A stretch of DNA of 64,000 nt from NCBI GenBank assembly GCA_020629375.1, contig JAHDDK010000017.1:78-64077 (forward strand), in the 5' to 3' direction. The notes beneath the pieces are model-generated. The model worked only from the letters and a program-made list of their open reading frames with translations, was not told the origin of the DNA and did no database searches. This DNA comes from Acidimicrobiales bacterium (lineage in GTDB: Bacteria; Actinomycetota; Acidimicrobiia; Acidimicrobiales; SHLQ01). Below are positions 9,724 to 19,073 of this stretch, one piece after another. Positions within the stretch are counted from its first letter, which is position 1. Every line of letters begins with the position of its first letter. A program made the position numbers and the translations under genes.

Positions 9724-10815
9724 TCAGACCCTCAACCTGTCGACAATCCGATCCAGCCGTGCGGCGATCCGGGGCCAGCCGAAGCGGTGCTGCACCTCCG
9801 CGGCGAGACCGGCCGACCGGTGCCTCCACTCCTCGACGTTCTCGAGCGCGTCACGGAGTCGTTCGGCGAGGTCGTCATCGTCGAGCGCCAACGGGTGGTA
9901 CTCGGCCGGGATGACTTCTCGATAGGCGAGATCGTTGGGCAGCAGCGGAATGGCGCCGCTCGCCACCGCTTCGGCAACCGCAATGCCGAAGAACTCGTGG
10001 TACGCCGTCGAAACGACGAAATCGGCAGTACGAAGAAGTTCGAGATAGCGGGGCCTCGGCACCCAACCCCATTCTTCGATGCGATCGGTGTGCCGTTGCC
10101 GCGCCGATCGAAACTCGCGGGGGTCCATACGCGTATTGCGACCGACCACCGCCAACCGCCAATCGAGGTCTTCGATGTCTCGGAGCGCCGAGAAGAAGTC
10201 CTGAGGTCCCTTGTCGTGGTCCCACCGGTGATTCCACAAAATCAGCGGAGACGTGTTCGGTCGGGGATCGGCGTCGACGGACAGCAGGTCTGGAGCAATG
10301 CCGATGGGGACCGTGATCGAACGATCGGAGATCCCCTCGAGCTGCGCTTCGGAGCACACCGCGTGCTTGCGGATCGCGGACGTGGCGATCCGCTGGTGGA
10401 AGTCGCTGTTCCACACGATCGCCTCTGCGGTGAGCAGCGCAGACGTCGTGATCGACGCGAACTCCGACGACGTCGGACGAGGTGACCCGCTCACATCGCG
10501 ATCGGGATAGGCGACGTGATTCTCGTGCATCATCACCATCGACGGGATGGTGCGAAGCTGCGGCACGATCGCCACGAGCTGCGACAGATTCGTCATGCTC
10601 GACGCCACCAACACATCGGGGGTCAGATCCCGTCGGACGATTTCGTCGGCGATGTCGATCGAGGCATGGCGCAACCGATCACGCCACCGATCTCCGGGCC
10701 GGGTGATCGCCGTGAGCTGATGAACGGAGTGCGCTGCCCAGCCGTCCACCCATGCCGCGTGCGAATCGACGAAGTACGGCTCGACGACAAGCACGTCGAG
10801 CGGGTCGCTGGTCAC
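9724..10815 (-). CDS. glycosyltransferase (DUF3524 plus GT1/GT4-type domain)
   Basis: VLVVEPYFVDSHAAWV N-terminal motif and a C-terminal GT-B fold signature (EFFGIAVAEAVASG). Start placed at GTG 10813-10815, which forms a GTGA overlap with the alr stop. Confidence 0.6.
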   Translation of the reverse strand: MTSDPLDVLVVEPYFVDSHAAWVDGWAAHSVHQLTAITRPGDRWRDRLRHASIDIADEIVRRDLTPDVLVASSMTNLSQLVAIVPQLRTIPSMVMMHENHVAYPDRDVSGSPRPTSSEFASITTSALLTAEAIVWNSDFHQRIATSAIRKHAVCSEAQLEGISDRSITVPIGIAPDLLSVDADPRPNTSPLILWNHRWDHDKGPQDFFSALRDIEDLDWRLAVVGRNTRMDPREFRSARQRHTDRIEEWGWVPRPRYLELLRTADFVVSTAYHEFFGIAVAEAVASGAIPLLPNDLAYREVIPAEYHPLALDDDDLAERLRDALENVEEWRHRSAGLAAEVQHRFGWPRIAARLDRIVDRLRV

Positions 10816-11930
10816 GACGACGGGCGATTGATGCGCGGGACCCGTTTCGAGATCGCGCACGTGACTTCATAGCCGATCGTCCCGAGGGTGGCGGCGACGT
10901 CGTTGGCCGTGATCGTCCGGCCTCCGTTGGAGCCAATCAGCGTGACGGTGTCGCCGACCGCCACGTCATCTTCACCGATATCGACCATCAACTGATCCAT
11001 CGTCACGACACCCACGATCGGATGCCGTTTCCCGTTGATCAGGACTCCTCCGCCTCGCAGACCGAGGTCGCGCCGCACGCCGTCGGCGTACCCGATCGGG
11101 ACGGTGGCGATCGTGGTCGGCTTTTCGGCGCGCCATCGATGGCCGTAGCCGACGGCTTCGCCCGCCCCGATCGGCTTCGCGAACGAGACGGCCGATTCGA
11201 GGGTCAGCGCGGGGCGTAGTTCCGCGGCGCCCGCCATCGCTGGATCAGGGTCGATCCCGTACATCGCAATACCGACACGACAGAACATCACATCGTTCGC
11301 TAGCCGACGGATCGTCACCGCGGAGTTGGCGACGTGAACGGGGAGGTCGGCAAGTGCCTCGATGGCACCGAACCGCTCGAGCTGCATCTCCGTGAACGGA
11401 TTGGCCGGCTCGTCACCGACAGGGGCGTGCGTCCACGCCGCCGAGATCGTGACCCCGTTGTCGTCTGCATGGCTCAAGAGCCGGGCAACGTGCTCAGGCT
11501 CCGCACCGACGCGGCGCATCCCTGTGTCGACCACGAGGTGTCCGATCGCCTTCACACCGACGGCTGCGCCGGCCGCACCAAACGCGGCGATTCCTGCCTC
11601 CGTGTACAGCGAAGGGGTCAGACCCCATTCGACCATTGCGGCCATGGCCGTGGGAGGTGGTTCGGACAAGACGAGAACGTCGATCTCGTCGAGACCCGCT
11701 TCACGCAGCTCGATTCCCTCTTCGACGAGGGCGACCGCCAGCCACTCGACTCCCGGGTGTGCAGCCGCGGTCCGAGCCACATCGATCGCACCGTGCCCGT
11801 AGGCATCGGCCTTCACCACAGCGCACAGCGGTGAGGCGCCGGCATGCGATTGCAGTGTCGTGAGATTGGCGGTGATCGCCTCGTGGTCGACGACGCAGCG
11901 GGTCGGACGCAGGTTGGGACCGGATGCCAT
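10812..11930 (-). CDS. alr: alanine racemase
   Basis: PLP-lysine motif AVVKADAYGHG. 372 aa. Confidence 0.9.
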   Translation of the reverse strand: MASGPNLRPTRCVVDHEAITANLTTLQSHAGASPLCAVVKADAYGHGAIDVARTAAAHPGVEWLAVALVEEGIELREAGLDEIDVLVLSEPPPTAMAAMVEWGLTPSLYTEAGIAAFGAAGAAVGVKAIGHLVVDTGMRRVGAEPEHVARLLSHADDNGVTISAAWTHAPVGDEPANPFTEMQLERFGAIEALADLPVHVANSAVTIRRLANDVMFCRVGIAMYGIDPDPAMAGAAELRPALTLESAVSFAKPIGAGEAVGYGHRWRAEKPTTIATVPIGYADGVRRDLGLRGGGVLINGKRHPIVGVVTMDQLMVDIGEDDVAVGDTVTLIGSNGGRTITANDVAATLGTIGYEVTCAISKRVPRINRPSS

Positions 11931-11955
11931 CAGAGGTCAAGGGTACGCTCGACGA

Positions 11956-12534
11956 GTGAATCTCCTGTTGATCCGACACGGCCGCCCCGAGCGCATCGAC
12001 CACGATCCCAACGGCGCCGACCCGGCGCTGACCGACCTCGGGGCCCGTCAAGCCGAAGCGATGGCACACGCGCTCGGCGCCGAGCCGCTCGACGCGATCT
12101 ATGTCAGCCCGCAGCGCCGAGCGATCGAGACCGCGGCTCCTCTGGCGGCATCGCACGGAATCTCACCCGTGGTCGTCGACGGCATCGCCGAGTTCGACCT
12201 TGGCCAGCCGAGCTACATCCCCGGCGAAGAAGCCGGGCCGATGACCGACGACGATCTCACCGCGTTGATCGAGGCCATGACGAGCGACGATTTCGTCTCC
12301 CGTGTACACGCCGGCATCAACCACATCGTCGACGAGAATCCCGGCCGGAACGTGGCCGCGGTCTGCCACGGTGGCGTGATCTCCACGGTGCTCGGTGCGA
12401 TCCTCGACGCACCGGCGGGCACCTACTTCGATGCGCAGTACACGTCGGTCACCCGCCTTCGGGCGAGCCGAGACGGACGCCGATCGATGTTCACCTTCAA
12501 CGAGCACCACTGGCTCAGGGGTCTGGCCCCATGA
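11956..12534 (+). CDS. histidine phosphatase family protein (phosphoglycerate mutase-like)
   Basis: LLLIRHGRPE catalytic RHG motif. GTG start at 11956. Confidence 0.8.
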   Translation: MNLLLIRHGRPERIDHDPNGADPALTDLGARQAEAMAHALGAEPLDAIYVSPQRRAIETAAPLAASHGISPVVVDGIAEFDLGQPSYIPGEEAGPMTDDDLTALIEAMTSDDFVSRVHAGINHIVDENPGRNVAAVCHGGVISTVLGAILDAPAGTYFDAQYTSVTRLRASRDGRRSMFTFNEHHWLRGLAP

Positions 12535-13511
12535 GCGCCGTCGTAGTGATCGGTGCAGGGCTTGCCGGCCTCAGCGCTGCACGGGTCTTGCACGACGCTG
12601 GCCACGACGTCACGGTCATCGACAAGTCCCGAGGCGTCGGCGGACGCATGGCGACCCGGCGCATCGGCGACGCCGTGTTCGACCACGGTGCACAGTTCTT
12701 CACGGTCCGGAGCGGTGAGTTCGGCGCCGTCGTCGACACGGCTGTCGAGGCCGGCGCAGTCGAGGTGTGGTGCCACGGGTTCGATGGACACGACGGCTAC
12801 CCGCGGTACCGGGGAGCTGCAGGAATGACCTCGCTCGCCAAACATCTCCGGACCGGGCTGGCGGCAGACGGCGTCGTCTTTCGACTCGGCGAACGAATCG
12901 AACAGGTCTCGGCCTCCGGCATCGGCTGGAGTCTCAACGCGGTGAGCAGCAGCTATGTCGCCGACGCCGTCGTCGTGACCTCGCCAGCACCCCAGACTCT
13001 CGACCTTCTGGACGCCGGCCACGTGTCCGTCGACGCGGAGCTACGCGAATCGCTCGACTCGATCGATTGGAAGCGGGCGTTTGCGCTCATGCTCGTCCTG
13101 GACGGTCCGTCCGCGATGACTGACGTCGGAGGCGACCAGCGGACCGAACACGATCTGTTCACCTTCGTGGCAGACAACCACCTCAAGGGCATCAGCCCCG
13201 TTCCGGCCCTCACCCTGCACACCAATGGCGAGTTCACGCTCGAGCGATGGGACGACGACTGCGAAGCCGTCCGAGCCGAACTCATCGCCGCTGCATCTCG
13301 GTGGATCGGGTCGGCGGCGGTCGTCGACTCACAGCTCCACGCCTGGAAGTTCGCGGCGCCCCGGCCAGCGCTCGCTCAACCCTTCGCCGAACTGCAATCC
13401 CCAGACGGTGCGCCCCTCCTTCTCGCCGGCGAAGCGTTCGGCGGGCCGAAGGTCGAGGGGGCGTTCCGTTCAGGACTCGCTGCAGGATCAGCGCTCGCAG
13501 ACCGACTCTGA
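12531..13511 (+). CDS. NAD(P)/FAD-dependent oxidoreductase (renalase/amine-oxidase-like)
   Basis: Dinucleotide fold VVIGAGLAGLSAA...DKSRGVGGR. An ATGA overlap links it to the upstream gene. Confidence 0.75.
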   Translation: MSAVVVIGAGLAGLSAARVLHDAGHDVTVIDKSRGVGGRMATRRIGDAVFDHGAQFFTVRSGEFGAVVDTAVEAGAVEVWCHGFDGHDGYPRYRGAAGMTSLAKHLRTGLAADGVVFRLGERIEQVSASGIGWSLNAVSSSYVADAVVVTSPAPQTLDLLDAGHVSVDAELRESLDSIDWKRAFALMLVLDGPSAMTDVGGDQRTEHDLFTFVADNHLKGISPVPALTLHTNGEFTLERWDDDCEAVRAELIAAASRWIGSAAVVDSQLHAWKFAAPRPALAQPFAELQSPDGAPLLLAGEAFGGPKVEGAFRSGLAAGSALADRL

Positions 13512-13544
13512 CCATCCCGACGACCGCCCCGAAAGGCGCCCGCC

Positions 13545-14474
13545 ATGGCCCTCGACCATCTCCAACAAATCCGATACGACGTCGACGGACCGGTCGCCAC
13601 AATCACCCTCGACCGGCCCGACTCGATGAACGCCTTCACGTCTCGGATGGTGCACGAGATGCTCGCAATCCTCGACGAGACCGACGCCGACGATGCCATC
13701 CGTGCCGTGATCATCACCGGAGCGGGGCGGGCCTTCTGTGCAGGAGCCGACATGTCGACCGGCTCCGATACGTTCGAGAAGACCTCGAGCCATGGCGATG
13801 CTCCGGCCGCGGACGACCGCCCGGCGCACGACGAAGACCTTCGCGATCGCGACGGCGGAGGGATCGTGTCACTGCGAATGTTCCAATCGCTCAAGCCGAT
13901 CATCGGAGCCGTCAACGGCGCCGCTGCGGGAGTCGGTGCCACCATGCTGCTGCCGATGGACATCCGACTCGCGTCGACGACCGCCCGTTTCGGATTCGTC
14001 TTCACCCGTCGTGGAATTCTGCCGGAGGCGGCCTCGGGGTGGTTCTTGCCGCGAGTCGTCGGTATCTCTCAAGCACTCGAGTGGGCGTTCCTCGGAGACG
14101 TCTTCGACGCCGAAGAAGCACTGCGCGGCGGACTGATCCGAAGCGTGCACGAACCTGATGCACTGCTCGATGACGCTCGCGAGCTCGCCCTTCGCCTGGC
14201 GTCGAACACCTCATCGGTGTCGGTTGCGATGACCCGTCAACTCTTGTGGCGCATGCTCGGCGAAGATCACCCCATGATGTCCCACCGGATCGAATCCGCA
14301 GCCGTCCCGCAGCTTGGCGCGATGGCCGACGCACACGAAGGCGTGCGATCATTCTTCGAGAAACGGCCACCCGAATTCACGCTCGGCCCATCGGCCGACA
14401 TGCCGGCCATCTACCCGTGGTTCGACGAACCACCGTTTCGGGTCAGCGACGAGCCCGCTTCATCCCCAGAGTGA
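13545..14474 (+). CDS. enoyl-CoA hydratase/isomerase (crotonase) family protein
   Basis: ATITLDRPDSMNAF...ITGAGRAFCAGADM. Confidence 0.85.
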   Translation: MALDHLQQIRYDVDGPVATITLDRPDSMNAFTSRMVHEMLAILDETDADDAIRAVIITGAGRAFCAGADMSTGSDTFEKTSSHGDAPAADDRPAHDEDLRDRDGGGIVSLRMFQSLKPIIGAVNGAAAGVGATMLLPMDIRLASTTARFGFVFTRRGILPEAASGWFLPRVVGISQALEWAFLGDVFDAEEALRGGLIRSVHEPDALLDDARELALRLASNTSSVSVAMTRQLLWRMLGEDHPMMSHRIESAAVPQLGAMADAHEGVRSFFEKRPPEFTLGPSADMPAIYPWFDEPPFRVSDEPASSPE

Positions 14475-15267
14475 TCTCCCGCACCTCGGCGAGGTCGAAA
14501 TCGACGACAACCGGTACGTGCTCTTCGAACCGCAGCGACTTGATCCACGTATCCCGCTGGCCGATCTGCACGCTGCGCAACGCCGGGATCCAGGCCGACG
14601 GCACGAAGCAATAGTCGACGTGATGACCGACTTCCTGCCCGATCGGATCGACCTGAAAGCGGGTTGGCGCCTCCCGCGGATCACCGTGCTCGAGCCCAGT
14701 GAACGCGTGATACGCGCTGACGAGATCATGAGCGTCCAGTAGCGCGACGAGCTCGAGCATGTCGTGGTTCGGGTCGTTGCGATGAAAGATCGGATTGTTG
14801 TTGAAGTCACCGGCCACCACCGTTGGCTTCTTCAGCGTTGTCCGATGGAGCCGAACCATCTGATGCAGCTGTGACGCTGGCGGCTTCGACTTGAAGGTGA
14901 CCTGTGCCTTCTCGTTCATCGCCCAAACCGCGAGGAGGTGATGTCCGACTGGACCATTGACCAGAACCGGAGCGATCCACTCGAGTCGCTGGTCCCAGCG
15001 AGCCCCATCCAGGCGGACGTAGGTCGGAGCAAAGCCGAGAATCCCGAGGCCCCGTTGCACATGGCGACCGACCCACGCCATCGACGAGTGTGAGTCGCGC
15101 CGATGCTTGAGCAGCCGGACCTCGTTCGCACTCCGAGCGGCCACGGCGAGGTCGGCGTCGAGCGCGACGAGCCGCGGGTACTTCCGCTCAAACGATGGGC
15201 CAATCGTCCACACCACGATCCGATAGGTGTTCTCGGGTTTCGGGTCGATATCGATCTCGAAGCTCAC
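14443..15267 (-). CDS. endonuclease/exonuclease/phosphatase (EEP) family protein
   Basis: The C-terminal 274 aa of track ORF 14443..15768 (VVAGDFNNNP...HHVDYCF). Trimmed to GTG 15265-15267 because the upstream part is antisense to a convincing membrane protein gene. Confidence 0.6.
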   Translation of the reverse strand: MSFEIDIDPKPENTYRIVVWTIGPSFERKYPRLVALDADLAVAARSANEVRLLKHRRDSHSSMAWVGRHVQRGLGILGFAPTYVRLDGARWDQRLEWIAPVLVNGPVGHHLLAVWAMNEKAQVTFKSKPPASQLHQMVRLHRTTLKKPTVVAGDFNNNPIFHRNDPNHDMLELVALLDAHDLVSAYHAFTGLEHGDPREAPTRFQVDPIGQEVGHHVDYCFVPSAWIPALRSVQIGQRDTWIKSLRFEEHVPVVVDFDLAEVREITLGMKRARR

Positions 15268-15291
15268 GGTCGTTCTCGCTAGCGTGTCGCC

Positions 15292-15708
15292 ATGGATCGT
15301 TTTGCACGAGGAATCTCGTTGGCGGCCGCACTCGTGCTCGTCTCGAGCGGACTCCGAAAAGTATTCAGCAGCGCGGCACGAAGCGACATGAGCCAAGTCT
15401 ACGAGTTCGGAGATTCGAGCTTCGGCACGTGGTTCTTCCTTCTGGTCGGAGTACTCGAGCTCGCCCTGGGCGCCTTCATCGTGTGGCCACGGACCCGTGT
15501 GCCTGCGGGGCTGGCCATGATGGGTTTCTTCGTTGGCGCATTGCTCTTCAATGTGCTCTTCGCAGTGGATGAGGTACCCGACGGATTGAACGACCCATCG
15601 CAACTCATCGTCGCCGATGTCGTCCTCGGACTCCTCGGCTTGGGCGTGGCCGCCCTTTGGCACCGCCGAGGAGTCGAAACCGACCTCCTCACAAACCCCA
15701 TCACCTGA
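15292..15708 (+). CDS. DoxX-like small membrane protein
   Basis: 138 aa with four hydrophobic helices. It is divergent from the EEP gene. Confidence 0.5.
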   Translation: MDRFARGISLAAALVLVSSGLRKVFSSAARSDMSQVYEFGDSSFGTWFFLLVGVLELALGAFIVWPRTRVPAGLAMMGFFVGALLFNVLFAVDEVPDGLNDPSQLIVADVVLGLLGLGVAALWHRRGVETDLLTNPIT

Positions 15709-15724
15709 GCGGCGACCCAGATGG

Positions 15725-16915
15725 CTACTGGGCGAGCGCGGTCGCAAGGACTTCGGATGCCGCCGCAACGCCAGATTGGCCGATCGGCGCGTTCATCGAT
15801 CGCAATCCGGCCTCGATCACGCCCAACGTGCCGAGGATCATCGGCGGACTCACCATTCCCATATGGCCGATCCTGAATGACTGATCAGGATGCGTCGTCA
15901 TGCCGATGCCGAGGGTCAGACCCCCGCGGTGTTCGCACCGCTGCCGCAACGCGGTCGCATCGATCACTCCGGTGCTGACCGTCGTCACCGCGTTCGATCG
16001 AAACCCCTCCGCGGCGACGAAGCCGATCCCGTCCGGCGTCGACCAGGCCTCGACAGCTGCACGAACCGCAGCGGCGATCACCTCGTGGCGAGCCCAGACC
16101 GCATCGAGCCCGCCTTCGTTGTCGATCAGGTCGAGCGCGACGTCCAGCGCCCGAATATGCGCAACGGGAGGCGTCCCGGAGAACGTGTCGTAGAAGCCAC
16201 GCGGCTCGAGGCGTGGCCCCCAATCGAAATAGCTCGTTGCCGGCGAGCCGGCGCGGCCGCGGTAGGTCTCGATCGCTCGTTCATCGGCCCACACGATGCC
16301 CAGGCCCGGCGGGCACATCAGTCCCTTCTGCGACGCGGAGACCGTGACATCGACGCCCCAGTCGTCCATCAGGTAGGGCTCGCATCCGAGAGACGCAATG
16401 CAGTCGGCCATCAGCAGCGCAGTCGATCCACAAGCATCGAGTGCTCGCCGGATCTCCGACACGTCGTTGCGCACCGACGTCATCGTGTCCGTGTGACTCA
16501 CGAGCACGGCGGCGTAGTCCTCATCGACCATGTCGAGATGCGCCGACAAAGCCTCGGCACCAACCGGCTGACCGAGGTCGGCTGTCAGCGTGTCGACCGT
16601 CGCACCTACCCGCTCGGCGTACTCGCCCCACAAGACGGCAAACCGACCGGTCTCGACCACGAGCACCCGGTCGCCGGGAGCAAGCACGTTCTGGACCGCG
16701 AGTTCCCAGGCCCCATGCCCGTTCGACGTTGCGATGAAGGCCCGAGCCGCGGTGCGGGCGATGGCCGGCAACCGTTCGAGCACTCGATCCGCGCATTCGA
16801 GCAAGTCGCCTGCGTAGATGTTTGGCATTGGCGACGACATCGCGATGCGAACGGCCTCGGGGATCACGCTCGGCCCGGGGATGGCGACCAACTGGGTACC
16901 CGCGGAGAGATCCAT
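15725..16915 (-). CDS. class V aminotransferase (serine-pyruvate/alanine-glyoxylate type)
   Basis: 396 aa with the PLP-Lys region SASQKGLMCPPG. Confidence 0.85.
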   Translation of the reverse strand: MDLSAGTQLVAIPGPSVIPEAVRIAMSSPMPNIYAGDLLECADRVLERLPAIARTAARAFIATSNGHGAWELAVQNVLAPGDRVLVVETGRFAVLWGEYAERVGATVDTLTADLGQPVGAEALSAHLDMVDEDYAAVLVSHTDTMTSVRNDVSEIRRALDACGSTALLMADCIASLGCEPYLMDDWGVDVTVSASQKGLMCPPGLGIVWADERAIETYRGRAGSPATSYFDWGPRLEPRGFYDTFSGTPPVAHIRALDVALDLIDNEGGLDAVWARHEVIAAAVRAAVEAWSTPDGIGFVAAEGFRSNAVTTVSTGVIDATALRQRCEHRGGLTLGIGMTTHPDQSFRIGHMGMVSPPMILGTLGVIEAGLRSMNAPIGQSGVAAASEVLATALAQ

Positions 16916-16973
16916 CCGTCGAGCCTAGGCCTCGTCCGAAAACCGGCACGGTCACTGCTCTAGGCTCCTCGCC

Positions 16974-17480
16974 GTGCTCGAGACCGTTCCGCTTCGACGC
17001 TCCGGCCGAGCGTTGGTCACCACGCCAGCACGCGAGGTCCTCATGGTCAGAGGTGTCGATCCTGCCGACCCGCAACGTGGTGGCTTCTGGTGGACTCCGG
17101 GCGGCGGGGTCGAAGGCCACGAGTCGACGGCGCAGACCGCTGAACGCGAACTCTGGGAAGAAACCGGTCTCCGATCGACGGCCGGTCCGATCGTGCTCGA
17201 ACGTCGAAGTCAGTTCATGTTCGACGGTCGCCCGTTTCGCCAGCACGAGACTTTTCACTGGTTCGTCGTCGAGGAGGCGTTTGTTCCCCAACCTGAGTGC
17301 CTGAGCGAGGTCGAGCAGCGAGCAATCACGGATGTTCGGTGGTTGAGCCTGACCGATGTTTCAGGGCTCGATGAACCGTGTTACCCGCGGTGCCTCGCCG
17401 ATCTCGTGCAGGCCGTCACGAAAGCGGGCGCGCCCAACCCGCCGTGGTTCGAGGAACAGATCGAACCGGAGAGTCAGTGA
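16974..17480 (+). CDS. NUDIX hydrolase
   Basis: Nudix box GGGVEGHESTAQTAERELWEETGL. Confidence 0.8.
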   Translation: MLETVPLRRSGRALVTTPAREVLMVRGVDPADPQRGGFWWTPGGGVEGHESTAQTAERELWEETGLRSTAGPIVLERRSQFMFDGRPFRQHETFHWFVVEEAFVPQPECLSEVEQRAITDVRWLSLTDVSGLDEPCYPRCLADLVQAVTKAGAPNPPWFEEQIEPESQ

Positions 17481-18346
17481 CCCGTTGGGTCGGCCCCCAT
17501 GTTTGCCCGATACTCGGCCGGGGACATGCCGGTCTGGCGTTTGAAGAACTTCGCAAAGTTGCTCGCTTGGCTAAAGCCAAGCTGCCGAGCGATCCACGCA
17601 ACCGAAATTTCGGTGCTTCGAAGCAGCCTCGTGGCGGCGTACGTCACACGAGCATCGATGACTTCCTTCGGCGACTGACCAAGTGTCTCGCGGGTCGCCC
17701 GAGTGAGGGTCCGAGCCGAGCAACCAACGATCTGGGCATAGTCCGCCACAGACCGAGTCGTTGCAAAGCGGAGCTCAAGCTCGCGTCGGAAGTCGGAGAC
17801 GAGTTGCTGGTACACCGCTCGTTCGGGCGAAATGCCATCGTCTTCACCGGCGAGGGCAATCAACTCGAGCAGCACACCCGCGATGCTTGTCCGAAGCCGA
17901 TCTTGTGCTTTGGCTGGCAGTAGCTCTGGCTGAGTTAGCGAAGCGACGAGGGCGTGAGCCACCTCGATCGATCGGCCGAGAACCACGATTGGGCGATGTG
18001 CACGTCGGTCGAACAGACCTGGCGGGCAGACATCAGCCTGGATCGTCAACACCCAGCCATCGAATTGTTCTTCGACAAGCCAGCGGTGAGTGCTGTCGGG
18101 GCGGAGATGAACAACCATGCCGGGCTCGACGCGATGTTCGACACCGTCGACGACGTGAAGCCCCGCACCGGCGGTGAGGACCACGACGACGTGTCCCGAT
18201 GAACGAATCGTCCATCCCTGCCGCGCGTGCGGCGACTCACGGACCTGGCCGATTGGGGTGCAGACCACCGGAGCGGTCGACGCCCCGCGAGCGCGCATGA
18301 CGTCGACAAGATCGATGATTCGATCGTTCGAGACGTCCGAGGTCAT
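17474..18346 (-). CDS. AraC family transcriptional regulator
   Basis: C-terminal double HTH (VADYAQIVGCSARTLTRA...IARQLGFSQASNFAKFFKRQTG). ATG at 18344-18346 is preceded by GGAGG. The track ORF 17474..18691 was trimmed. Confidence 0.85.
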   Translation of the reverse strand: MTSDVSNDRIIDLVDVMRARGASTAPVVCTPIGQVRESPHARQGWTIRSSGHVVVVLTAGAGLHVVDGVEHRVEPGMVVHLRPDSTHRWLVEEQFDGWVLTIQADVCPPGLFDRRAHRPIVVLGRSIEVAHALVASLTQPELLPAKAQDRLRTSIAGVLLELIALAGEDDGISPERAVYQQLVSDFRRELELRFATTRSVADYAQIVGCSARTLTRATRETLGQSPKEVIDARVTYAATRLLRSTEISVAWIARQLGFSQASNFAKFFKRQTGMSPAEYRANMGADPTGH

Positions 18347-18353
18347 GCCTCCA

Positions 18354-18794
18354 CTATTGCGCATTGGATACCCGATCGACCACTGAGGTGACGGCGTTAA
18401 GGGCAGTGCTGTCGAGAATCGCGTTCGGTGACACGCCGAGTACCTCCTCGAGCACATCGAGTGGAGCACCCGACGGGAACCACAACGGGTCCAGGAGATG
18501 CATGCCCCATTCGCCGAATCGGCGCTCGGACACCACAAGATTGGCGTGGCGTTCGATGGAGTGCCGATCGTCGGCAAGGAGGCGACTCCACAACGCATCG
18601 ATCGCCTGTGGAGAACCCTCGATGTACTGGGTGAAGACACCGTTTCGGTGCGTGAGGAATCCCGTAACTCCGTCCGATCGATTTCGGACATTTGCCCGAT
18701 CGGCGAGGGCGCGGAGAGTCGTCACGTCGAGCGGTTGCGGTGAACGGCTCAAGTAGATTCGTGCTACCAACTCGCTGTCGGCCACTACCGCCAC
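18354..18794 (-). CDS. BLUF (blue-light sensing FAD) domain protein
   Basis: The conserved BLUF Tyr (RIYLSRS), Gln (FTQYIEG) and Trp/Met (FGEWGM) are all present. Confidence 0.8.
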   Translation of the reverse strand: MAVVADSELVARIYLSRSPQPLDVTTLRALADRANVRNRSDGVTGFLTHRNGVFTQYIEGSPQAIDALWSRLLADDRHSIERHANLVVSERRFGEWGMHLLDPLWFPSGAPLDVLEEVLGVSPNAILDSTALNAVTSVVDRVSNAQ

Positions 18795-18884
18795 CGTACC
18801 TCAGCGAGACCACGCATCTTCGAAGAACGTGGAGAATCCGAAGGAACTTGGCCGTCTTTGACCTGACTGAGTCGCTTCGAGACC

Positions 18885-18900
18885 TGTGATTTTCATCACA
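18885..18900. promoter_or_regulatory. CRP/FNR-family binding site candidate
   Basis: TGTGATTTTCATCACA is a perfect TGTGA-N6-TCACA palindrome. It lies in the 280-bp divergent intergenic region, 91 bp upstream of the BLUF gene start. Confidence 0.45.
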
Positions 18901-19073
18901 AGAGGAGCACGATGTTCATAGGGCTAGTCACGCCCTTCTGGAACTCAGAAACAACGTCGTTGCGGGCGTCGTTTCGAATCGAGATCCAGAATCCCCCTTG
19001 TCGACTCGGTCGTGTCCAGCCCGCGACCGGGTCGATGAGGGCGTAAAGCGCGAGCGACTAACGTGCGCCGCCT

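Noticed and set aside
15268-15768. N-terminal 167 aa of the 441-aa ORF 14443..15768
   Set aside because: It is antisense to a plausible DoxX-like membrane protein gene (15292..15708). EEP-family similarity begins after GTG 15267.
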